Source: a virus
Strand: one strand, 5' to 3'
Length of the DNA: 64,000 nt
Virus record (IMG/VR): IMGVR_UViG_3300026097_000008
Location: 64,001-128,000 of that record
How positions within the stretch are numbered: position 1 is the first letter of the stretch; each line of letters starts with the position of its first letter. The notes below the pieces were generated by a model. That model was not told the DNA's origin. It did no database searches and saw nothing but the letters and a program-made list of their open reading frames with translations. Made by a program: the position numbers and the translations under genes. Below, piece by piece: positions 55,266 through 64,000 of this stretch.

Positions 55266-57037
55266 TAATCTACAATGTCTATGTCATTTGCATATGACGT
55301 AAAGCCATTCTCCTTCACAACTTTCATAACATGATTAACTCTTCCAACTAATTCGTCTTTGTGCGAGATTAGATAGACATTTTTATCACGTTCGCGCCCC
55401 ATTTTCTTAAGGACGCTTAGTGCATTTTCTACACCAGCGGTATCCATACCGCTATCGATAAGTTCGTCAATGAACAGTAAGTTAATGTTTTGATATAAAC
55501 TTTCCCAAACATCTCTAAATGCAAAGCTCATACCTAATATAAGTCTGTTGCGCTCACCACGACTCAGATTATCAAAGTCTAGATCCTGACCTAACTGTGT
55601 AATTTCAACGTTTAGATCATTTTGGAATACAACTTGATGCGGCAGACCCAAACGATCGAGATAGTATGTAAGTCTATTGTTTAGATATGCGAGATTTTGA
55701 TCAATAATTTTCTTACGTATAAAACTATCTTTGTTTGTAAGAAGTTTAAGCAAAAATTCTTGGTGTTCCTTAAAGCTTGTAAGATCATTTACAGGCATCC
55801 AGTCAATATCTTGTAGTGCAGTTTCTGTCAGATCGTTAATTTGTTCTTGATAAGGATCTGCTTCTGTTTGCTTTGCTTCTAATGTTTGTTTTAAACTATC
55901 AACATTCTGTCTATGTTCGTAAGCTTCTTTAGCAGTTTCATAAAATGTATTAGGACGTCCGTTGATATCGCCAATTTCACCTAATCCTGCAAGAACATCT
56001 TGTAGTTTTGTACTAACTTCGGTTTGATATGCTATTGCATCGTTTAATTCTTTAGTTTTTCTAGACAAAATTTCTTCTTTTTTGTCTGCGTGAAGCTCTT
56101 GTCCGCAAGTATAACATGTAGCATCGTCAAGATTTGAGATGTCTTTTTCTGCTTTTTCAACACTTTTATCAGCACGTAATAGTGCCGAGTCCAGTGTGCT
56201 TTTTTCCTTATTAAGAGCCAAAATAGCATTGTTCATTTCTGTCCAATTAGACAGTTTTTCGTGTGCTTCTAGCTCGGCATCAATATCTAGTTTTTCTAAT
56301 TGTGCAATACCCTGTGATAATTTTTCACAATCTTGCTTCTGTTTAGATTGCCAAGCACGTTGTCTACCTTCTAATGTGCTAATGCTTTCATTAATTTTTT
56401 CATTAGCTGTTTGAATTGCATTAATTTTTGCAGTTTCCTCTGTGATTGCTTCTTTGGTCACACGAACTTGTTCTTTAAGTGCTTCTGCCTTTTCTGTAAG
56501 AATCGTAATACCTAACAATTGTTCGATAATAGCACGTTGATCATTTGCTCGCATACTTAAGAACGGCTCAGTGTAGGTATTAAGTGCAACAATATGCTTA
56601 AACATATCGTGACTCATGTTTAGTAAGTCATTAATAAATTCTTGTGTTTTACGACTATCGCCTTGCGATTCATCGATCATTTCTTGTTCTTGATCATTAA
56701 TATAAAACTTAAGAACGTTAGGCGAACGTCCTCTTTCAATACGATAATCTTGTCCATCTTTCTCAAAATGCAAAGTCACTAACATTCCCTTGCTATTTGT
56801 CTTATTAATAAGATTATTACGCTTGATGTTAGTCAATGCAGTACCGTATAATGCATACGATAGTGCATTAATAATAGTTGTTTTACCAGTACCATTGCGG
56901 GATCCGCTGTCGTCTCCGCCTTGATCTAGATTTTCACCTAGCACAAGTGTTAATTGTTCTCTATTAAAGTCAACAGCTTGAGTTTGATTGCCCACGCTCA
57001 TAAAATTCTTGACGGTAAGATCTTTAATTTTTATCAT
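55265..57037 (-). CDS. gp46: Recombination endonuclease ATPase subunit (gp46 / SbcC / Rad50)
   Basis: KNFMSVG, Walker A NGTGKT, Zn hook CYTC, signature LSRGE, Walker B LLFIDE and ISH. Confidence 0.93.
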   Translation of the reverse strand: MIKIKDLTVKNFMSVGNQTQAVDFNREQLTLVLGENLDQGGDDSGSRNGTGKTTIINALSYALYGTALTNIKRNNLINKTNSKGMLVTLHFEKDGQDYRIERGRSPNVLKFYINDQEQEMIDESQGDSRKTQEFINDLLNMSHDMFKHIVALNTYTEPFLSMRANDQRAIIEQLLGITILTEKAEALKEQVRVTKEAITEETAKINAIQTANEKINESISTLEGRQRAWQSKQKQDCEKLSQGIAQLEKLDIDAELEAHEKLSNWTEMNNAILALNKEKSTLDSALLRADKSVEKAEKDISNLDDATCYTCGQELHADKKEEILSRKTKELNDAIAYQTEVSTKLQDVLAGLGEIGDINGRPNTFYETAKEAYEHRQNVDSLKQTLEAKQTEADPYQEQINDLTETALQDIDWMPVNDLTSFKEHQEFLLKLLTNKDSFIRKKIIDQNLAYLNNRLTYYLDRLGLPHQVVFQNDLNVEITQLGQDLDFDNLSRGERNRLILGMSFAFRDVWESLYQNINLLFIDELIDSGMDTAGVENALSVLKKMGRERDKNVYLISHKDELVGRVNHVMKVVKENGFTSYANDIDIVD

Positions 57038-58044
57038 AGTTCGTTATAAATGTCCAAAAGTGTTTTCTTGTCGTAGTTAGTAGTGTCTAATGCAGATATT
57101 TCTCCTGCAACAATCTGATCAACACTTTCAAAGTGCTGAATGTCTAATTGTGTCGAAATTTCTTCCATTTGTTTTTGCGGAATAAGACTTATCTCTCTAC
57201 AGTTGTATTGTCTAATGAATGTCTCTTTGATAAATTGTGCTTCTTCATAACTGATAGGCTTATCAATAGTGACACGTAGGTACATTTTAGGTTTTATAAT
57301 ACTTTCGATATTATCTAGTAAATTGCTTAATGCTATAGTTCTGTATTTAGGACAATTAGGCCAGTTAATATATTCAGGTTCCTTGCCGTTTTCGCGATCA
57401 AGGATCATCATACCACGCTCGTCGTCTCCAGCATCTGCATAGTTATGGGGAAATGCATTACCTATATAGTGTACTTTACCTTGTTTTTGCCGCTTGTGAA
57501 AGTGACCACTGAATACATATTCTTGATTTTTAAAATGTTCTACTTTTAAATCACCATGATCAGGCATTTGCACCATAGCGTTCATGTAAAAGCTAGGAAG
57601 TTCAAAGTGACCAAACATGTATTTGGCTTTGATCTTTTCAATCTTCTTCCATTCATCGCCTACTAGCCACGGAACAAGACACACGTCGTCTTCTTGATAA
57701 ATTTCATCAACAAATGTAATACCTGGAATATGTTTTGCAAATGCAGTTGAATTTACGTCACGCTTGTCTTTGTAGTATAAATCGTGGTTGCCGTCAAAGA
57801 AGTAAAACTTTTCAAAAGCAGAACCAAGTTTTTCCATACTACGAATGGTTGCATCCATAGTCGTAAGGTTAAGACTGTTGCGATTGTGATGCCAATCGCC
57901 ACAAAAGATACCAGTTTCACAACCATTGGCTTGTGCTTGTTCGATAAACCAGTCGACAAATTCTTCGCAATCGTCGTTGTGTACACGCGAGTTGCCTTTT
58001 AGACCAAAATGGATGTCTGTAAACACCGCAGCTTTTTTAAACAA
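57034..58044 (-). CDS. gp47: Recombination endonuclease nuclease subunit (gp47 / SbcD / Mre11)
   Basis: Metallophosphoesterase motifs DIHFG, GDWHH, GNHD, GHFE and SGHFH; TTG start. Confidence 0.92.
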   Translation of the reverse strand: MFKKAAVFTDIHFGLKGNSRVHNDDCEEFVDWFIEQAQANGCETGIFCGDWHHNRNSLNLTTMDATIRSMEKLGSAFEKFYFFDGNHDLYYKDKRDVNSTAFAKHIPGITFVDEIYQEDDVCLVPWLVGDEWKKIEKIKAKYMFGHFELPSFYMNAMVQMPDHGDLKVEHFKNQEYVFSGHFHKRQKQGKVHYIGNAFPHNYADAGDDERGMMILDRENGKEPEYINWPNCPKYRTIALSNLLDNIESIIKPKMYLRVTIDKPISYEEAQFIKETFIRQYNCREISLIPQKQMEEISTQLDIQHFESVDQIVAGEISALDTTNYDKKTLLDIYNEL

Positions 58045-58071
58045 AATTAAATTCCTCTTTTATGCTGTCTT

Positions 58072-58100
58072 ATAATAGCAGTTTTTTTGACAGGTGTCAA
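58072..58100 (-). promoter_or_regulatory. Sigma70-type promoter for gp47-gp46
   Basis: TTGACA, 17-nt spacer, TATTAT with a TGn extension. Confidence 0.75.
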
Positions 58101-58110
58101 GAGAATTTTG

Positions 58111-58938
58111 TTATTTTTCATTATTTTCTGCTTCTCGTTTAAGAGCAGCTTCCCACTCTCCTGCATGTTGTCTAGTATGACTTGGATTGAGATCGTTCAT
58201 TTCTAGAATATCATCTCTAATGTTTTGATTGCGTTTTTCAATATTGATAACTCTTACAAATGAGTTTGTCACAGCCGCAGTATAATACGCAAAAGGATTC
58301 TGTGATTTTGATTCGTCAAACTGTAATCCAATCTGAGCAAGTTGTAGAATTGCTTGACCGCGCATTTCGTCATTGTAAGTATAACCACGAACATTACCGC
58401 GAGTAGCATATCGATCACACAATTTCATCCACATAAGTGCAAGTTTGTCAGTTGCCTTACCGTGATCTTTTGAAAAATGTCCGTTTTCCATACCTCCTAT
58501 CCAGTGACTTTTACCTACGCAAACAAGTTCGCCGTCCTCGTTAAACTTAAAATGTTGAAAAGGAGGAAAGTTAAGCTTAGTTTTTGTATCTGCAACAGTT
58601 TTTGGATTCTTTTTTCGTCCAGGTTCCTCTGGAATATGATCAAAAGTCATAATACGAAAGATAAGTTCTTCTTTTGTAATCTTTTTATAATCAACTTCGC
58701 ATTCTGCTAATTTAATCTTTTCGCCTGCTAGTTTACGCGAATCAAAGTCTTGATGTTGCAATCTTTTTGCTTTGTTTCTTTTTGCTTCTGCTATTGTTCT
58801 AATATTAATTTTTTCAATACTAGGTAATATAATATCGTATTGCCCGTATTCTGATTCAACATAGCTACAAAACTTGTTTTTTGATTTGTGTATTTCTTTC
58901 AAAATATCTTTATTGTTAAGGTAATTTGTTTTCCTCAT
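58111..58938 (-). CDS. gp55: Late-transcription sigma factor, gp55 family
   Basis: NYLNNKD N-terminus, GYTYNDEM and FDESKSQNPFAYYT....SF.R.I..EK. Confidence 0.85.
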   Translation of the reverse strand: MRKTNYLNNKDILKEIHKSKNKFCSYVESEYGQYDIILPSIEKINIRTIAEAKRNKAKRLQHQDFDSRKLAGEKIKLAECEVDYKKITKEELIFRIMTFDHIPEEPGRKKNPKTVADTKTKLNFPPFQHFKFNEDGELVCVGKSHWIGGMENGHFSKDHGKATDKLALMWMKLCDRYATRGNVRGYTYNDEMRGQAILQLAQIGLQFDESKSQNPFAYYTAAVTNSFVRVINIEKRNQNIRDDILEMNDLNPSHTRQHAGEWEAALKREAENNEK

Positions 58939-58959
58939 GAGTTCTCCGTTATTTTAACT

Positions 58960-58988
58960 ATTATAATATACGCAGATAATTTTGTCAA
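58960..58988 (-). promoter_or_regulatory. Perfect sigma70 promoter for gp55
   Basis: TTGACA (58988-58983), 17-nt spacer, TATAAT (58965-58960). Confidence 0.85.
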
Positions 58989-59016
58989 CTAAATAATGTA
59001 TAAGGAGACTAATCTC

Positions 59017-59904
59017 ATGGCCGGGTACGATGACGCAATTTTACGACAAGCTAGAGCACAACAAAGTTCTACACGTTCACAACAACGAAATTCTGTTAAT
59101 CCACAACAGTCTGTACAAAACTTTTTAGGTTCAGCAGGCAGATTTGGACAAAATTTAGGCAATGCTGTTGTAGATGTTGGCAAACAAGTTGTAGGCGAAA
59201 TTGCAAGTGCAACAGGATTTGGTAGATTTCTTCGAGGTGCAAATTTACCTGTATTTGGTATGCCAGGCGGAGCAGGGTTTGCTGAAGGCGCCTGGGCAAG
59301 TCAAGATCCTGGTGACTGGCGTGTGAGATTAAGTATTCCTCCTAATTTTAATTTACCTGGGCCGCTAGGTACAAAGCTAGCTGCTACTAACGGTATGGTG
59401 TTTCCTTATACACCGCAAATTATTTTGCAACATTCTGCACAGTATGGTCAGCTAAGACCTACACATAGTAATTATCCTTTTCCGGTATATCAGAGTAGCT
59501 CAGTTGATACAATTAGTATAACTGGAGAGTTTTTAGTAGAAAATACAGACGAAGCAAAATATTGGATAGCCGCTGTACACTATCTTAGAAGCGTCACTAA
59601 AATGGCGTATGGTGAAACAAGTAATCAAGGATCGCCTCCTCCTGTGGTGCGACTAAACGGGTACGGAGACTTTGTCTTAAAAAACGTTCCTGTAGTTGTC
59701 ACAGTATTCAATGTAGACATGCCTACAGATGTCGACTATTTGCATGTACCAGATATCGGACCGCAAGGCACATGGGTACCTGTAAGAAGTCAGATTGCAA
59801 TCCAAGTCACACCAACATATAGTAGACGTGCTGTGCAGTCATTTAGTCTCGACAAATTTGTAGCAGGCGGATATGCTAACAGCAATGGAGTAGGATTTAT
59901 CTAA
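59017..59904 (+). CDS. Baseplate / tail-tube initiator-like protein
   Basis: FPYTPQI, PTHSNY, GSPPPVVRLNGYG and NVPVVV..F, a tube-fold pattern. AAGGAG favours a start at MAGYD (59017). CTAAATA at 58989-58995. Confidence 0.6.
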   Translation: MAGYDDAILRQARAQQSSTRSQQRNSVNPQQSVQNFLGSAGRFGQNLGNAVVDVGKQVVGEIASATGFGRFLRGANLPVFGMPGGAGFAEGAWASQDPGDWRVRLSIPPNFNLPGPLGTKLAATNGMVFPYTPQIILQHSAQYGQLRPTHSNYPFPVYQSSSVDTISITGEFLVENTDEAKYWIAAVHYLRSVTKMAYGETSNQGSPPPVVRLNGYGDFVLKNVPVVVTVFNVDMPTDVDYLHVPDIGPQGTWVPVRSQIAIQVTPTYSRRAVQSFSLDKFVAGGYANSNGVGFI

Positions 59905-60206
59905 TGGCAAGTTATACATCAACAAGTCCATGGCATAAAACAAATATAGTTAGAGGACAGTATCTGGATGTTTTAACAATTCGACCTGTACCTGCAGAAA
60001 GTGACGATGTATTATACACAATAGAAGTTCAGTATACACATCGCCCTGACTTGCTAGCATACGATATGTATGGCGATAAAAATCTTTGGTGGGTATTTGC
60101 CCAAAGGAACATGAATATAATAAAAGATCCTATTTACGATATTGAAGCAGGAGTAGAAATTTATGTTCCTAAGGGCGAAAAGCTACAACGAGTATTAGGA
60201 ATCTAA
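59904..60206 (+). CDS. Baseplate wedge protein, gp53-like (LysM-like)
   Basis: RPDLLAYDMYGD.NLWWVFA..N...DP......G..I.VP. Confidence 0.75.
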   Translation: MASYTSTSPWHKTNIVRGQYLDVLTIRPVPAESDDVLYTIEVQYTHRPDLLAYDMYGDKNLWWVFAQRNMNIIKDPIYDIEAGVEIYVPKGEKLQRVLGI

Positions 60207-62885
60207 ATGTCATTTGTACCCCAAAACTGGAAAGACAGATTAAGTGCAGCTGGTCGCTCTATAGAAGAACGTGCAGAAGGTGTAGCTAGCGGTTTAGCAA
60301 AAAATGTAGGGCAGTCTGCTCGAATAGATGTAAACGGAGTAGCTAGTGCAATAGAAGGTGCTGCTTCAGAGCTTACTGGTGCTACAGTAGATTTAGCAAA
60401 GAGTGTAAATGGACTTACTGGACAAAGTATAGCAGATGGCATTAGTGGTGCTGTAGCAGGAGCAACAAGTGATTTTGTTAATGGCATTACCAATCAATTA
60501 GGAGGAGTGCTAGGAGGTCTCCTTGGCGGCGACAAACAACCTAATCCATTAGATCAATATGCAAGCTACAATTACGATATTACACTAGGATGTTTAACCT
60601 CGTTCGAAGTAAATTTACCAGACTTTACTTATAGACGTAGAGAACCCTTTGTCACAGTTTTACGAAGCAGTGGCGGAGATACTAGAGGTAGTCGATTATT
60701 ATTTGAAAACGGCGGAAAAACCGAATATTTTATAGATGACCTTGAAATCGATTCTATTGTTGCACCTAATGATAATACAAGACTTACTAATGCACATTCT
60801 ATTAGTTTTAATATTTTAGAACCGTATAGTATGGGCAATTTTTTAGAAGCACTACAAGTCGCTGCTCTTACAGCAGGACATAAAAATTATATAGAAGCCC
60901 CTTATTGCCTTATTATTCAATTCAAGGGTTGGGATGATTTTGGAAGACCAATAAGCGTTCCGAATACTAGAAGAGTGTATCCTCTAAAATTTGTCGACAT
61001 TAAATTTGATATAGACGAAGGTGGTAGTAATTATAAAGTTCAAGCTATACCTTATAATGAAGTTGCACTTACAGATGAAAATCAAGCGTCTCATACGGAC
61101 ATACAAATACAAGGCAGAACAGTAGCTGAAATATTACAAACAGGAGCAGAAAGTTTATCCACAATTTTAAATAATAGAGAATTGCAAAGGGTAGAAGCAG
61201 GTCAAATAGAAACTGCAAATCAATATGTAATAATGTTTCCTACATCAACCAGCAGTGTAGAAGAAGCCTTACTTGCAGGTCCTGAGAATAATGACGGCGC
61301 AACTTCTGCCAGTTCTGCTGACAGTGAAAGTGCTGGTATGCGAGAACTTACAGAAGAACAAAAGCAAAGATTATTTGAAAGTATAACAGGAATTCAAAAT
61401 GGAGAAGTTCCCGCAGACTTTGATGCAGAACTTGAAAAGATAGCCGGAATAGTTGTAAGAAGATCTGACTACGGCGAACAGATTAGAGAATACGCCGAAA
61501 AAGTAGAAAACACCAATGCAGTCGGCCAGGCATCTTTAGTAAAAACTAATTTAGACGGCGGCACTCAACCTATGGCAACTCCAAATTTAAGCGAAGATGA
61601 AAATCAACCAGGAAAATTTAATAGATGTCAGATTGGAAGAAGTCAAGACTTACGTTGTATGACTTTTAGTTCTGGTAAAAGAGTGCAAGATATGATCGAA
61701 CAAGTTGTACTTGCTAGCGAATTTGGTAGAAGTATAGCAACTGCTGAATCAGACGCAAATGGGATGGTAAATTGGTTTAGAATAGAATCGCAAGTATACC
61801 TAGTGGGCGGAAGCGAACAAGTTGATAGAACTGGCGAACAAGCAAAAGTTTTTGCTTATAGAGTAGTGCCCTATAAAGTTCATAGGAGTGTATTCCAATC
61901 ACCTACTCAGAGTGCTCCGGGAATTAATAATTTATTCAAACAAGCAGTTAAAGAATATAATTACATCTATACAGGATTAAACAAAGATATAATAAATTTT
62001 GATATACGCTTTGATTTAGCTTTTTTTACCGGAGTAAATGGCGACCTAGGACAACTAAGTTCTGATTCTCAGCAAGGCGGCGCCCAAGAAATAGCTAGTG
62101 GCAATAATAGATCAACTCCAGCTATACCAGAGGGAAATACCGAAGCTCTAGCAAATGGAAAAATAAAAGAAAAAGTTCCAGGTGCAAACAAACTAGACGG
62201 TGGCGGCCTAGTCTTACATCCTGAAAATATTATAGGTATGAATTTCAACGAAAACCTTGTTAATAATCCTGTAGACCTTGTAATGGTAGATTTAGAAATC
62301 GTAGGAGATCCGTATTACCTAGCGGATAGTGGTATAGGAAATTACAATTCACGTCCACTAGGAAGTTTGCTAAATCTAACTTCAGACGGCACCATGGCAT
62401 ATCAAGATAGTGAAGTAGACATTGCAATAAACTTTAGAACACCATTAGATTATGGATCCAATGGTTTAATGGAATTTCCTGGACTAGGAACTCAGCCTGT
62501 AAGAAAATTTAATGGGTTATATAAAGTTATTTTTGTAAAGCATACGTTTAATGGCGGACAATTTACACAAAAACTTGAATTAATTAGAAGACGCTCCCAA
62601 GACGTTGCAGCAGAGCTTGCATCCGTACAAAATACTGGCGCAGTAGAACTTGGAAGTTCAGATAAGCAAATTTCCGAAACTCCAGAGATATCAGCATCAG
62701 GCAGCGGAGCAAGTCGTGGAGGTACAGGTGGACAAGCGAGCCAAGGCACGCCTACTAGAGGAACCGAAGGATACGGTGAAGGTCAAGTTGACCCTGGCAT
62801 AAATCGTGCAGCAACACAAGCAGAAGCTACAAGAGTAAGCAATGTTCAGTCTGCTAGAGCAAACGGCGCAAACATAGGATTCTAG
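60207..62885 (+). CDS. Baseplate hub protein (gp27/VgrG-like position)
   Basis: NPLDQYASYNY, F.I.EPYS, LEIVGDPYYL and GLYKVIFVKHTFNGGQFTQ.LEL.R; sits between the gp53-like and gp5-like genes. Confidence 0.6.
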   Translation: MSFVPQNWKDRLSAAGRSIEERAEGVASGLAKNVGQSARIDVNGVASAIEGAASELTGATVDLAKSVNGLTGQSIADGISGAVAGATSDFVNGITNQLGGVLGGLLGGDKQPNPLDQYASYNYDITLGCLTSFEVNLPDFTYRRREPFVTVLRSSGGDTRGSRLLFENGGKTEYFIDDLEIDSIVAPNDNTRLTNAHSISFNILEPYSMGNFLEALQVAALTAGHKNYIEAPYCLIIQFKGWDDFGRPISVPNTRRVYPLKFVDIKFDIDEGGSNYKVQAIPYNEVALTDENQASHTDIQIQGRTVAEILQTGAESLSTILNNRELQRVEAGQIETANQYVIMFPTSTSSVEEALLAGPENNDGATSASSADSESAGMRELTEEQKQRLFESITGIQNGEVPADFDAELEKIAGIVVRRSDYGEQIREYAEKVENTNAVGQASLVKTNLDGGTQPMATPNLSEDENQPGKFNRCQIGRSQDLRCMTFSSGKRVQDMIEQVVLASEFGRSIATAESDANGMVNWFRIESQVYLVGGSEQVDRTGEQAKVFAYRVVPYKVHRSVFQSPTQSAPGINNLFKQAVKEYNYIYTGLNKDIINFDIRFDLAFFTGVNGDLGQLSSDSQQGGAQEIASGNNRSTPAIPEGNTEALANGKIKEKVPGANKLDGGGLVLHPENIIGMNFNENLVNNPVDLVMVDLEIVGDPYYLADSGIGNYNSRPLGSLLNLTSDGTMAYQDSEVDIAINFRTPLDYGSNGLMEFPGLGTQPVRKFNGLYKVIFVKHTFNGGQFTQKLELIRRRSQDVAAELASVQNTGAVELGSSDKQISETPEISASGSGASRGGTGGQASQGTPTRGTEGYGEGQVDPGINRAATQAEATRVSNVQSARANGANIGF

Positions 62886-62886
62886 A

Positions 62887-64000
62887 ATGACATCACCTAA
62901 TGAAGAAAAACGCACCAAAAGCGGAACCGCAGGACCATTAGATGGCCCAGGTCCTTATCTTGCAAAAGTTAAAAGTCATTTAGACGGAGAGTACATGGGC
63001 AGACTCGAAGTAGAGTTGCTTAAACATAATACAGAAGGCAACTCAACGGAAACAACAGGTCAATTAGTCACAGTTCAATACCTTAGTCCGTTTTATGGCA
63101 TAACCCCGTATAAAGGTGTAAGTGAAAATGAAGGCGGACAGTATTCACAGAGTAGTTATGGGTTTTGGGCTGTACCGCCTGATATTGATACTACTGTGCT
63201 AGTAATTTTTGCAGAAGGTAATAGAGGTCAAGGATTTTGGATAGGCTGTGTACAAGACCAATATATGAATTTTATGACTCCGGGTCGCGCCAGCACAGGA
63301 TATAACGAGGAAGAATCTGGACAATTAAGGCCTACAACAGAATACAATAAACGGACAGAAGATGGCGCAGGAAATAATCCAACACAATTTATAAAACCGT
63401 GTGATCAAGATGCATGTGATATGCTTAATAGATCAGGATTAATGTCAGATGCAATAAGAGGACATACTAGTTCTAGTGCAAGACGAGAAGTGCCTAGTAT
63501 GGTATTTGGTTTAAGTACTCCGGGACCAGCAGATTGGAGAGATGGCTCTCCTAGAGTTGCATATGGAGAAGAGTTTGGACAAAGTCAAGTTCCATTTAAT
63601 AGATTAGGTGGAAGTACATTTGTTATGGACGACGGCGATCCTAGTATGTATAGAACTAGTCCGCCAGGAGAAGGACCAAGTGCATATGCATCTATAAGCG
63701 CCGGCGGATTACCAGAATATCCTGCCAATGAATTGGTACGTATTAGGACACGCACAGGACATCAAATACTTCTACATAATTCGGAAGACTTAATTTACAT
63801 TCAGCATGCAAATGGTTCGTATATAGAATTTACTTCAAATGGGAAAATCGATGTTTACGCTAAAGACAGTGTTAGTGTACACTCTAATAACGATATAAAC
63901 TTAAAAGCAGATCGTAATGTTAACATAGAAGCAGGTAGTGCTATCAATATAAAATCAGGAACAAATACAAATATTGAAACAGGTTCAGAGTTTAATTTAA
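62887..64000 (+). CDS. Baseplate spike / hub protein, gp5-like, partial
   Basis: Not in the ORF track. ATG at 62887; OB-fold pattern GPYLAKV...D...MGRLEV...SYGFWAVPPDIDTTVLVIFAEG....GFWIGC, then RIRTRTGHQILLHNSEDLIYI and beta-helix repeats. Open to the window end. Confidence 0.8.
   Translation, partial: MTSPNEEKRTKSGTAGPLDGPGPYLAKVKSHLDGEYMGRLEVELLKHNTEGNSTETTGQLVTVQYLSPFYGITPYKGVSENEGGQYSQSSYGFWAVPPDIDTTVLVIFAEGNRGQGFWIGCVQDQYMNFMTPGRASTGYNEEESGQLRPTTEYNKRTEDGAGNNPTQFIKPCDQDACDMLNRSGLMSDAIRGHTSSSARREVPSMVFGLSTPGPADWRDGSPRVAYGEEFGQSQVPFNRLGGSTFVMDDGDPSMYRTSPPGEGPSAYASISAGGLPEYPANELVRIRTRTGHQILLHNSEDLIYIQHANGSYIEFTSNGKIDVYAKDSVSVHSNNDINLKADRNVNIEAGSAINIKSGTNTNIETGSEFNL

Noticed and set aside
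1-64000. Stop-codon reassignment
   Set aside because: Core genes are full length in the standard code, and TAA, TGA and TAG all terminate genes at sensible, tightly packed positions.

Overview
The window is a 64-kb piece of a large, AT-rich, T4-like (myovirus-type) dsDNA phage genome, probably from an aquatic host that cannot be identified from this sequence. From 1 to ~51.3 kb the minus strand carries a long virion module. It includes tail-fibre or appendage proteins, several very large paralogous structural proteins and a subtilisin-like protease, followed by the head genes (gp23 capsid, gp22 scaffold, gp21 protease, gp20 portal) and a tape-measure-like gene. Beyond that lie a gp26-like chaperone (+), the gp46/gp47 recombination nuclease and gp55 late sigma factor (-), and baseplate genes (+). 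Late promoters of the T4 (T)ATAAATA type and a few near-consensus sigma70 promoters are visible. The most interesting signals are these. (1) A sigma70-driven, translationally coupled tailoring-enzyme operon sits inside the tail-fibre region: a U32-type Fe-S hydroxylase fused to a SAM methyltransferase, two 2OG-Fe(II) oxygenases and a flavin-dependent halogenase. (2) A ~570-nt ORF-free, highly structured region lies directly downstream of a GIY-YIG nuclease and a Zn-ribbon gene. (3) A ~210-nt structured RNA with its own promoter and terminator lies next to the capsid gene, and two late genes have structured 5' leaders. (4) A canonical -1 slippery site would fuse the gp26-like ORF to an unannotated start-less ORF. 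(5) Giant virion proteins carry phycobiliprotein-like KCxRD helical repeats and cupredoxin-like domains, and one giant gene is split inside a repeat. All protein calls come from motif recognition by eye; no database searches were run.
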